This document shows positions 22,975-34,158 of a stretch of DNA of 35,409 bases, piece after piece. The position numbers and the translations under genes are program-made. Origin of the DNA: Reclinomonas americana ATCC 50394. Lineage: Eukaryota. The stretch covers positions 102,334 through 137,742 of the forward strand of contig PS015067.1 of NCBI GenBank assembly GCA_048213135.1, given 5' to 3'. The stretch's first letter is position 1, and each line of letters begins with the position of its first letter. The notes below the pieces were generated by a model. The model was not told the origin of the DNA, ran no database searches, and saw only the letters and a program-made list of their open reading frames with translations.

Positions 22975-25696
22975 TCACCATACACCGCCCGTCCAGCCCT
23001 CCCACAAAAGGTGCGGCTGCGAACCGATCGGCACACCATCGCGATCGACGGGGATCGAGGCGCGCACTACAGACCGCATGGCGTGTTGCTGCATCATGGC
23101 TGGTGAGTTTCGCAAGGCGACAAGTGAGTGAGACAGAGGTGCCAAACCGGATCGTGCGCACTGGCCCGCAGCAAAGAGGCCAGACAGAGAGCCATTTTCT
23201 GCACACCGAGTGGGAACTTCAACTCACGCACGCTTGCTCGGAAGCCGCTGTCCACGGCACGAATGTACACGCTCGGTGTGCAGAACGGCGCCTCCACGCG
23301 CTCGCCGACGCCGAGCAGATCCGTGACCCCTTGTCCACACAAGTCTCGCATTCGTGACTCGGGCACACTTACACGCACGCATTCACCGTCAGCGTCGCGC
23401 AGTTCCAGCTGGGCACGGGTGGGAATGAGCGCGCGGGGTGGCAGGAGAAATGGAAAAGACAAGAGGAATGCACCTCGACTGGGCACATGTGCCACGCGAA
23501 TGGTGGCGCCGGAGAGGAACCACTGTCGGGTCGCAGTGCAGCCTGCAGCGCGCAATCTTCGGGGCACGACAGCACATCGTTACGATCGACTCGGGCGCGT
23601 TTGCCGCAGCACGTGCACACGTAGTCCAGGCAGACGCGAGCGGCCAGCAAACAGTCGGAGGAGAGGGAAGCCGCCGACGCCACCTTGTTGACCAAAAAAA
23701 GATGAGAAACGGTCGAGCAGGGAAACAGAGAGAAGAAGAAGGCGCACCGCATCGGCCGTCAGCACCACCCGTCCGATCGCCGACTCCAGAGTGATTGAGT
23801 GCACCCATGCGTCGGCCGTGCGCTGGTCTGTGCAGCATCCAACAATCAATTCCTGGGCACGAGGCACAGATGCAGGAGTTGCCCCACTTCCACCTTCGAC
23901 AACGAGGCCCCGCAGAGCGCGACACTGCTGCATCGGTGGCGCAGCAGACGACGAGGAGGATGAGGAGGGTCCAGCAGCAGCAGCAGCACCGCCGAACGAC
24001 ACCGCTTGTGGCACTATGCAAGAGGCAGTCAGCAGCAATCGAGCACAGTGGCCAAGAGTGGAGATGAACCATGTGCATGCAGCGACGGTGGAAATGGTGG
24101 TGCGCCCGTGGCAGAATAATACGCCGCTGACGCCACCAGTGTAGTCTTGTGCTTGCACATTCCTGCGGTGACTGGAAAGTGAGTCCGACACATAGCGATT
24201 GATGTCTCGGTGTGCTCGCGCAACTCTTGAAGAGGCCGACACACGGGGTCTTGAGGTTCTCCGGCACGCTGCTGAGCCACCGATTCATCTCCTTTTCTGT
24301 GAGCAAGCATGTGAACATCGTCGTTCGGGCTTGGAGTGTGCGACAAGGACTTACCACGCAGATTGCCCTCTGGCATCTCTACTAGCCGCATGATGATGCT
24401 CATCCACGACAGGCGCACAAAGTACGAGCCGTCCATCAGCAACACACGTGCACCTGCCACATGTCGTCGACTCAGCTCATCTGGCGAGCCACGGTGCAAT
24501 GATCTATACGCAACAGGCAATGTACACAATGTCGAACGGACGCAGGAGCTCCACCAGCGGAGCATCGCGGTCGCGGGCCAGCAGCGCCGGTACCGACGAC
24601 AGCGTGGTGTCGGAACGGGAGCTGATGGTGGACAANNNNNNNNNNNNNNNNNNNNNNNNNNNNNNNNNNNNNNNNNNNNNNNNNNNNNNNNNNNNNNNNN
24701 NNNNNNNNNNNNNNNNNNNNNNNNNNNNNNNNNNNNNNNNNNNNNNNNNNNNNNNNNNNNNNNNNNNNNNNNNNNNNNNNNNNNNNNNNNNNNNNNNNNN
24801 NNNNNNNNNNNNNNNNNNNNNNNNNCAGAGAAGACGACGTGGATGACTGATCTGCCGACGGGAAGCACGACTTGTCGGCCAGCACCAGCAGCGGCAACCC
24901 GTTGGCCGTCGCTCCAATCTGCGCACGACACACCCATGAACACCGCATCGCACGATAAAGAAAAGGCACGCATGCGAACGCGCACATGCAACACGGTGCA
25001 CATCAGCGACACAATGTCCATGTGGCGACACTCGCGAATGGGCACCGGTGGCAAGTAGCGAAACGATCGCATCTCCTGCGCCTCTGGCAGTCGATCGGTG
25101 AACGGCGCGATCAGCACGCGCGAACGCCGTCGCTTAACGGGCGTCACGGCATCGTCGGAGAGGGAGGCTGTCGCCGGTCGCTTCCGATCGCTCGCAAAGA
25201 GATCCAGCGACGGCTCCGGCTCCAGACTCGGACTCGACGCCACCGACGACGACAACGACGATGCAAACACGCCACCACCACTGGAGGACAACGGCGCAGA
25301 AGGCGACGACAATGAGGAGACTGTCGATCGCAGCGCAGATGATGACGACGGCGGTTCCTGCGACAGCGGATTCGTGGTNNNNNNNNNNNNNNNNNNNNNN
25401 NNNNNNNNNNNNNNNNNNNNNNNNNNNNNNNNNNNNNNNNNNNNNNNNNNNNNNNNNNNNNCGACTGCAGGCGATCGATGAGCGCGTTGACACACGCATG
25501 GATGGAGAGGGGTGGGGACACACACCTGCTCATGCTGTGCATCGCGCAACTGCTCCAGCAGCACTGCAGGCACCGCTTGCCCTCTTGCGATGAAGCTGTC
25601 GACCGTGCGACGTAGACGCTCCAGCGCGTGATCTGCGGAACGATGATTAGCTAGTAGTGAGGCAAGGCAGCGATATAACACTGTCTCACCACTCAT
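22975..25696 (-). CDS. OB-fold ssDNA-binding protein with a zinc ribbon, SHLD2/FAM35A-like (two internal gaps)
   Basis: ATG at 25696. OB-like strands IVSLMCTVLHIG..LLVLADKS..LRPFDIVYI. C-terminal CTCCG..DRND..CPEDC..PVELELRDADGECVRVSV..CLASLL..DP..PVDRDGVP, with the last exon ending at the stop 22977-22975. Family assignment is from remembered similarity. Confidence 0.55.
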
Positions 25697-25790
25697 GAAG
25701 TCGGAGCAACAGAGGAAAGTACGTCGCAGCGACGGAAGGGTGTCTGTCCTCCGACCATCCGACTGTTTTGTGTTGCTGAAAAGAGCAAAG

Positions 25791-26989
25791 ATGTCACGCA
25801 TTCTCGTCGTTGGCGCGGAGGCCTCCACAGTGACACACGCCGCACAGCAGCTGCGCGCACAGGGAGCAGAGGAGGTGGTGGAGATGTGCACACGAGGAGC
25901 TTATTTGGGTGCGACCTGGTCACCATCATCACTCTCTCTCTCTTCACACACACACACTCACTCACTGACACGCGAGAGACGCACAGAGCAACTGCCGTAC
26001 GGTGAAGACTCGTTTGATGTGGTTGTGTTTGAGGGCTGGCGACCAGAACGACGACTGTTGAGCTACACTCTGCGAGTGGTCAAAGCCGAAGGTCGTGTGG
26101 TGCTCAACAACAGTGGTGGCGACGATGATACTCTGGCCTCGGACTTGGTGTTGAGTGGGTATCAGAGTCCAGTGGTGCGAGGCACAACGGTGAGTCAGAG
26201 AGAGAGAGACACACAGAGAGAGAGAGAGGAAGAAGAAGAACAAGACTGAGCTCTCTCTCTCTCTCCCTCACTCACTCATCACATACCCACAGATCACTGC
26301 GTCGAGACCAACATGGAAGGTCGGTGAAGGCCGGCAGTTGCTGAGAAAGAAGAAGAAGACGGCGGCGCCGTTGGAGGGAGAAGGTCTGCTGTTCGGCCAA
26401 GTGGAGTTGTCACATCTGCAACGCTGTGGTGTCTCACGTAACGTAACGTGCGTGTTATGCAGCATTGGAGGCCAGCATCAATGCCTTCCGTGCGGCAGCT
26501 GCGGCGGCGGAGACGGCGAGTGTGGAGCTGGTGGACGAGGATGCGTTGTTGGAGGAGAGTGAGTTGACAGCACGGCCGACGTATGGAGGTGAGGCATCGC
26601 GCTCGTGCACAGACAGGTGAGGGAGGAGGAGTGGCTGATTGTCGCGCTGAACAGGTGAGCAAAAGAAGACCAAGGGCGCGTGCAAGAACTGCACGTGCGG
26701 TCGGGCCAAGCAGGAGGCGGAGGCGGAGACAGCGGCGGCGGCGAGTGCGCCGACACCGGTTCGCGTGTCGGCCATGGATGACATGCCCAAGTCGGCGTGT
26801 GGAAGTGTGCGTTTTTGCTTGTGTGTCTCTCTCCTTGTTTGATGTGTGGTCAACGAATTGACCGTGTTGTGACAGTGCTACCTGGGCGACGCCTTCCGCT
26901 GTGCTGCATGCCCGTTCATGGGACTGCCGCCGTTCAAGCCCGGTGAAAAGGTCACCATCAGCTCGACGTTCTTGGCGGACGACATCTGA
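25791..26989 (+). CDS. CIAPIN1: Anamorsin / Fe-S cluster assembly protein Dre2
   Basis: Methyltransferase-like N-terminal domain ([22 protein letters not shown]), acidic [16 protein letters not shown] and [32 protein letters not shown]. Stop at 26987-26989. Confidence 0.95.
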
Positions 26990-27088
26990 GGGACGCCCTT
27001 GGTGGCACGCAGCAGTAGTACTAGAGAGGCGGAGGGGAAAGAGGGACGGAGGGTGTGCAGAGTACATATGATACGTGTTGTTGTTTAC

Positions 27089-28827
27089 TTACTGCCAGAG
27101 GAGCACGCGGTGATCCCACGAGGCCGACGCTAGAGTGGAGGGCAGCAGAGGGTGGTACTGTGCATCGGTGCACGCCTCGGTGTGTGCCTGCGACACGAGT
27201 GAGTGCTCTGGATCGAGCGGTGTGCGACATGGAAACTCACTCTCCGGATCTGCTGGTGGACAGCGCAGCCAGGCTGCGGGTCCCACTCGTAAAAGTGCAA
27301 CGAGCCATCCGACGAACCGGTGCAAATGGTGGCGCCGTTCTGACTGAACGAGAACTGGATGTTGAAACCGGCGACACTGTGGCCCTCAAAGCGCTGACAA
27401 CGCGAGTTCAGTGACTTTTGAGAACCGGGGAGAGCTGGAGAACGAGAGACCACTCACCCGATACTTGTTGAGCTTGTGTGGCGGCTGCGCACCGATAATG
27501 GCAATGTAGTCTCCGTGTGACTGCAAGCAGAACTTGCGCCCGGCAGGATGCAACCGCACGCACGTACAGGTGAAGCCCTCCAAGTAAAACTGGTCGTGCA
27601 TGATGACGCCGGAGCCAAAGTCCCACGACACCACACCGCGATTCACCACGGTGGTGCGTGGCAAGTCTGCGCACGAGATCACAGTGCTGCCATCGGCGGT
27701 GAAATCGGCGCTGTGGAGCGTGCCAAAGTGGCCCTGTGTTGGTGGGGGAACAGTTTTCGGTGACGCAAACTCGTTCATCAATCACGTGAGAAGACAGCGA
27801 ACCGCGAATGGCCGCACGGGCTTTGTGGCGCTGGCCCGAGTGTCCCACAATAGCATGCCGTCTCGCATGTAACCGGCGAGGAAGAGGTGCGGATGCGTGT
27901 CGGAGCAGCGAAGTGCAGTGGCGGCCAGTGTCGACGACGCAGCCGCCGAGCGCGGGGCAAAGGACTGCAAATACACACAGGTGAGGGGCGAATCCAACCA
28001 GAAACGCGCAGGGCCTCATCTCGCACCTCCACCAGCACGCCCGTCTCCATGTCGGTCAACGACACCGCCGACTGCCCATGCAACACGGCCAGCAAACGCC
28101 GCGCCTCATCGCCCACCATCCACTCCACCGTTCGCACACCCACTGCACCCAGTTCCACCGTGACCAGCGGCCTAACTCGTCGCGTTTGCACACCCTCGTC
28201 AAACACATCCCACAATCGCACAGTGCCATCGTTGCCGGCCGAGGCCAACAGCCGCCCCGACTCGGGCGACCACAGCACGCGATTGACACCAGCCTTGTGT
28301 CCCACCAGCTCATGCACAGGCTCGTCGACATTCAGCGGAACACAGCTGGCCAGTCGACGCGCAAGAGATCGCGACACTTGTGCATGGTCGCCTTCTTGCT
28401 CCTCCTCGTCTGGCAGTGCGCTCTCCCACACGCGTTTCACCGAGTCCCATGCAGTTGCTTCTCCAGTGACAGCTCCAGTCGAAGACGAAGAGGAAGAAGA
28501 AGAAGAGGTCGTCGTCTTCTCTGCTTTGGACACGTATCGTCGATGACAAGCGCGTTTCTTGTCTTGCTGCTGCGACGACTGTTCCTCTGTGCGTACTGTG
28601 TGAGCAAGAGGAAAGAGAAAAAGGGTGGGAGCATGCGCTGGTGACCTCGTGCGCGTTTGCCCAGTGTCAGCAGTGCCTCGCGCTGTCCATGCACAGTGAG
28701 TGCGTGAGTGATGCCCAGAGAGTGAGAGAGAGAGAGAGAGAAGGCAAACCTCGTCGTCTCTTCCGTCACTGCTGCTGCTGCTGTCACTGTTACTGTCACT
28801 GCTGCTGTCATAGTCGAGGCCCAGCAT
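27089..28827 (-). CDS. WDR25: WD repeat protein 25-like (CDC40/PRP17-related WD40)
   Basis: Acidic N-terminus LDYDSSSD, RRYVSK, GHKAGVNRVLWSP..LLASAGNDGTVRLWD, FTCTCVRLHP..FCLQSHGDYI, KLNKYRRFEGHSVAGF, TGSSDGSLHFY, and C-terminal HPLLPSTLASASWD..W. Confidence 0.8.
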
Positions 28828-28899
28828 GTGCGTCGGTGCATGGTGGTGTTATGCTTGCAAGAGAGGGACACGACGAGTTGTCCTCCTCGTAACAACAGA

Positions 28900-29326
28900 A
28901 TGGTGAGAGCGCGCGCGTGTCTTCCTCTCTTCTCTTGTTTGTCTGCTCACTTCTCGCCTGTGCACAGTCGGACAAGAGAGCAGCCACTGGACTGGAGAGC
29001 TGGGCCACGGAGTTGCGTTGTGAACACACACACACACACACTTTCTCTCTCTCGCTCACTCACTCACTTGCATGTCACAGCTTCGTGTACCCTTCACGCT
29101 TCTCACTGCAGTCCAATCGCAAGGCGTTCCCCAAGGTAACCTCACTTCACAATCTCCCATTGTGTGCATGCATCATCATCATGTGATTGATTAGGATTCG
29201 ACTCTGAGTGAGTCGTGGGCCGGTTCGCGCAACTATCAGCACAGTGGATGGTGGATTGTGCTGGCACTTGTCTTGTTCCTGCTGGCATCAATGGTCTCGC
29301 GACGAGTGGGATCACTGGCCACGTAG
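28900..29326 (+). CDS. Small (77 aa) predicted tail-anchored membrane protein, 4 exons, not seen intact in the ORF track
   Basis: Exons 28900-28902 (ATG), 28968-29011, 29081-29135 and 29195-29326 joined by GT-AG introns of 59-69 nt. Translation: MSDKRAATGLESWATDFVYPSRFSLQSNRKAFPKDSTLSESWAGSRNYQHSGWWIVLALVLFLLASMVSRRVGSLAT. Confidence 0.65.
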
Positions 29327-29447
29327 TGAAGGCAACGACGGAAAATGCTTCCCGAGTTTACACACACACACAGAGTTCGCTGTTGGAGTCGCCGTAGAGA
29401 GGGTAGCCCCTAAAGGGACGGGGGGAGGCTTCGCGCTTTGGTGGCGC

Positions 29448-32404
29448 CTATCGAGCCTTCCAGCATTCCAGCAGAAACTCGGAGAACTCGTCTGGTTCGT
29501 CGGCGACGCCACCGGCCAGGTGCACCACGGCTTCCACTTGAGGATTCGAGGTGCTGATGCAGGGGGTGAGAGAAGGTGTGGAGCAGGAGCGAGGAAAGAG
29601 ACACGCACCGACGTAATCGTTGGACCAGCGCGGTGATGAACGCTTCGGTGAAGCCGGGATGGGCGCGCTCGACTTGCACCAGTTCGCGCTCCACTTCGTG
29701 TGTGTCGCAACCGGTCTGCCGGCGTGCAAACTCGTGAGTGACGCGTCGAATTCAACGCAACAAGTGAGCGAGACGAACCTCCTCGAGCGCCGGTAGAACG
29801 TAGTTGGTCAGCAGCGAATTAGACGTAGCAATGGTGGTCTCCGACCGGACTCTGCCGATCACGTACGAATCAGCCACACGGATGTCACCTCGCGCGCACA
29901 CCCCATCACTCACCGCTCAGGTCTCGGCACGGAGGACGACTCGCCGGGTGCCGGTGACATGCCACCACCATTAGCTCGCTGCTGCGGTGTGGGAGACATC
30001 TGACAAAGGGGGAGGTGAGTGGGGAAAGACACGGAAAACGAGTGGACGACCGGAACGCAACATCGACTTGTGCACCGCCCAGTGGACTGAACCGTGGCGG
30101 TGGAATGGGCGACGGCAGCTGCAACACCGACGGCGACGCGGATGGCGTCACAGAGGCTGTGGCCGACGAGACCACGGATGAAGCGGCCGCGGACAAGTGC
30201 GACGGCGGCTGCGGGGAGGGTGCCGGTGAGGCGGTGGCCGATGAGCCGCCAGACGCTGCGCCAGGCGTGTCGCGTGGTCGCATGGTGAAACTCCACCCCG
30301 GATCGGAGGAGTCGGCGCCCGAGGCCGAACCCGACGGTGGGTTGCTGGAGCGTGTGGTGAGTGATGAGGTGTGGGAACGGGACAAGGGAAGGAGACGAAA
30401 CAGACGTCCCGGATCGTCGTCGTCAGAGTCGCGATTGGCCTCGTACATCTCTCTCCGCTCAATGAGGTCCACCAGCAGGGAGGTTTTCTTGGCGCTTTTG
30501 ATGAAGCGGTGCTTCAGAAGCTCGCGGGCGGTTGGTCTCTGAGAGGGGGGAAGGAGGGAGAAAGAGAGCAGGGTCAGCGCGCAACGAGAGAAGGGAGGCG
30601 AGTGCAACGAGGGAGGCGAGTGCAACGAGGGAGACGAGTGCAACGAGGGAGGCGAGTGCAACGAGGGAGGCGAGTGCAACGAGGGAGGAGTGCAACGAGG
30701 GAGACGAGTGCAACGAGGGAGACGAGTGCAACGAGGGAGACGAGTGCAACGAGGGAGACGAGTGCAACGAGGGAGACGAGTGCAACGAGGGAGACGAGTG
30801 CAACGAGGGAGACGAGTGCAACGAGGGAGGAGTGCAACGAGGAAGGAGTGCAACGAAGAAGGCAAGCGCCGACGGACTGCATGATACGAAATCCGAAGTA
30901 TCACGGGGAAACGCAACTGCTTCTGGCTCCTTCTGCAGACAGGCCGCCACAAACTCCTTGAAGGAGCGCGAGAAGTTGCCCTCCAGCTGTGGCGGTTGCG
31001 ACTTGGGAATGACAAAGAGAGCACGCATCGGGTGGAGGTCCGAGTACGGCGGTGCGCCTTTGGCCATCTCAATCGCGGTGATGCCCAACGACCAAATGTC
31101 ACACTGTGCCGACACTGGTGAGGAAAAGGCCAGTGACAAGCACTCTCTGCAGCAAGCGAACCTTCTCATTGTAGCCCGACGTTTGACGGATGACCTCACT
31201 GCATGCCAATCGGTTAGAAGTCGCCAGGAGGGAGACTAGGGAAGGATCAGCAGTAACGCAACGCTGCGGAGGGAGGGAAGAGTGAGTGTGAGGTGAGACA
31301 AAGGAGAGGGGTGTAGTATTGCAGCAAAAAAACGCAACGAGCCATCCAGAACGGTGTGCCAACAAATGTGTGTCTCTTGGTGCGGTTTTCCGAGAGCTGC
31401 AGAGCGAGGGTGAGATCAACGGAGGGTACGAACCCGACAGATACACACGTTCACCTGCGCAGCGACACCAAAATCGGCAAGCTTCACGTCACCGTTGGAG
31501 GCCACGAGAATGTTGGCCGCTGCATGATTTTCCCCCCGACAATTCAGCATGCAGTGCAAGTTGCAAACACCCCGTGCTCCTGCATTTCGGAGGAGGAGCA
31601 AAAAACGTACGTACCCTTGATGTCGCGATGCAGCTTTTGTGACGAATGCAGGTACTCCAGCGCCTGGTGCGCAACAGTGAGCAAGGCGGACAGCGAGCAG
31701 CGCACGTGGAAGAACAATACCTTGAGCGTCTCGCGCAGGATCACGGCAATGTACATTTCCTGCAACGGGTTCCGAGTGAAACAGAATGCGGAGAGAGGGG
31801 TGGGAAAGGGAGGCAGAGAGGAGAGAGAGAGAGAGAGGAGAAGGAGGAGGAGAAGGAGGAGGAGGACGGTGGGAGACGAAGGGAANNNNNNNNNNNNNNN
31901 NNNNNCCTCTCGTGTGTGTGCCCCTCACCAAATCATGCACAGAACCCCCCTCCAAGTACTCCATAATGATCCACAAATGCTGACCGACCACCACCGAACC
32001 ATGAATGGCGACGACCAGTGGTGACGCACACTCCAACATGACATGAATCTCTCGTTGTATCTCCTCAATCTCCTCCTCCGCCTCCTCCAAGTCAATCACT
32101 TTGATGGCCACACTGGCGCCACTCTCCTTGTCGCGACTGTGCGCATGTGTGTGTGTAAGAGAGAGAGAGAGAAGAGGGGAAGGGGAGAGTGTGTGTGTGT
32201 GTAACGCAACGCGCGCCACACTTCGCCAAAGCTTCCCTGCCCAATCTTCTCCACGAGCTCAAATTGCTCAGCATGCACACTGCGATGTGCGCGCTGTGTG
32301 TGTGTCATGTGTGAGTTTCATAGAGTGTGTGTGCAAGTGTGTGTGAGAGAGAGTGTGAGAACCATGGCAGCGGAGGAGGCGCCGGAGGATTTCCGCTTCA
32401 GCAT
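29448..32404 (-). CDS. STE20-family GCK-III kinase (MST3/MST4/STK25/SvkA-like) with a C-terminal dimerisation-type helical region
   Basis: [126 protein letters not shown]-terminus [13 protein letters not shown]...FLLECWKAR. Confidence 0.93.
30600..30858. repeat. Intronic minisatellite, about 15 copies of an 18-bp unit GAGTGCAACGAGGGAG(A/G)C (a few 16-bp variants)
   Basis: Direct tandem copies start at about 30600, 30618, 30636 and so on to 30846, inside the 379-nt kinase intron 30917-30539. Confidence 0.95.
31263..31263 (-). other. Predicted single-nucleotide exon (C) in the GCK-III kinase gene
   Basis: Minus strand: ATG GCT C|gttgcg..75 nt..ccgcag|C|gttgcg..64 nt..catgcag|T GAG GTC. This restores MAPEV. 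Confidence 0.8.
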
Positions 32405-33041
32405 GATGGCGTGATTTTGTGTTGGCGGCCCCGGCCAGTCAATCGAATGGGCGGCCGGCCTTTACTTCGATTTCTCACGTGCCAAGTGCAGAACGGTGTA
32501 TGGCCGGCAGTAGCGCAGGTACTGAGAGCGATTAGATCCGAGTGCATCCGAGCAGAGTCTGCGTTCGAATAGCGAAATCGAATTCGAAGTACGTGTTCGC
32601 TTGTCGACGTCTGGGGCATCCGCAAGCGCCTGCACAAAGCCGAGGATATTGGAGACTATATACAAGGTGATTCCCTATGTCGTAGCGGAGCCTTTTCCAC
32701 CAGCCTCAGAACGGGATCGTCCTGGCATCGCAATCACCACAAATGAAATTCGAATTCCACGTTGCAATTCGGCATCCATCCAACCTGGCCGGTGAGCTTT
32801 GGTGGCGCGAGGCAGACCGCGAGCTGCATGCATTCACAGTTGCAAGAATAAAGAAAGGGGTTTTGATATGGCGACGTCGACGTCGACTTCAACAACAATT
32901 CATTCACCAACAAACAAGCAACAGCTGTCTTGATGACCAAGTTCAACCGTATCCAAAACATCAACACAGACACCAATCTTGAGGCAGCAGCAGGTTCCTT
33001 GTGTGTGTGTGTTTGATCATCACAAATTTTCTTCAACAGCA

Positions 33042-34158
33042 ATGACTGCGAAGGTCTGCTTGCTGCGCTGTTGCAGTAGCTACTGTCTCACCACGCATGC
33101 GATCATCGTAGGTCTTGGTTGGTCACACGGGTGCGGTCATGTCTGTTGTCGTCACTCCCGACGGTCTTCACGCAGTCAGCGGGAGTGCGGATAAGACAGT
33201 GCGGGTGTGGTCATTGGCGAGTGGGCAGGAGGTGCGACAGCTGGAGGGACACCTTGGGGAGGTGACGTGCGTTGCTGTCACCCCCAATGGCCAGCACGTT
33301 TTGAGTGGGAGTAAGGACGTCACGATCCGGGTTTGGTCGTTGGAGAGTGGCGAGGAGGTACGACGGTTGATGGGGAACATTGGCGGCGTGCTATGCGTGG
33401 CTGTAACACCCGACGGGCTGTGCTTGGTGAGTGGGATTGAGGATGAGGAAGAATGTGAGATGATGTGGGTTCGGTCTCTGGCGACTGGCGCCGAGTTGCG
33501 CCATTTCGACGGACACCCATGTGGAATGCTCGCTGTTGTGGCTGTTCCCGACAGTCTTTGCGTTTTGAGTGGTGGTTGGGACGGCACGGTGCGTGTGTGG
33601 TCGCTGGCGAGTGGCGAGGAGATGCGACGGTTGGAGGGCCACGGGCGCGAGGTGCGGTCTGTCGTCGTCACTGCCGACGGGCAGCACGTTGTGAGCGGAA
33701 GCGCAGATGGGACCGTTCGAGTGTGGTCACTGGCGAGTGGTGAGGAAACGAAACGGCTGGTGGGTCACACCCGGCCGGTGTGGACTGTCGCCGCGACCTC
33801 TGACGCTCAGCACATCGTGAGCGGGGGTTGTGACGAGACGGTGCGAGTGTGGTCGCGGGTGAGTGGCAAAGAAGAGCACCGATTGGAGGGGCACACTTCA
33901 TTCGTGTACTCTGTCGCTGTCACTCCTGATGATCAGCACGTAGTGAGTGGGAGTGGTGACAAGACCATTCGGGTTTGGTCCACGCCGTGCGGTCTCGCTC
34001 GGCGTGAACTGAACAGTGCTCGTCTGGCGGCTACTAGTGTGAACGAGATGCTGCTTGAAGCCGACCAGTACCACGAGTGGATTCTGGTCGATGTGGTGCT
34101 GCGGTGCTTCATCGTGGGTGAGGCTGAGGCTATCGAATACCGCGCGCCTGGATGGTAA
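33042..34158 (+). CDS. Seven-repeat WD40 beta-propeller protein with highly similar repeats
   Basis: MTAK|intron|VLVGHTG..., then seven ~42-aa repeats of consensus GH..V.SV.VTPDG..VVSGS.D.TVRVWSLASGEE.RRLE and a short helical tail. Only one intron. Stop at 34156-34158. Confidence 0.88.

Noticed and set aside
30600-30858. CRISPR-like array, or repeat-protein ORFs (RCTRLP, ECNEGD, SATRET, VQRGRR)
   Set aside because: Units are contiguous with no unique spacers and lie inside an intron of a well-supported kinase. The open frames are a by-product of an 18-bp stop-free unit.
32405-33041. Possible small gene or mobile-element remnant between the kinase and WD40 genes
   Set aside because: Only short stop-bounded frames, no convincing splice chain, and no terminal repeats or target-site duplication found.
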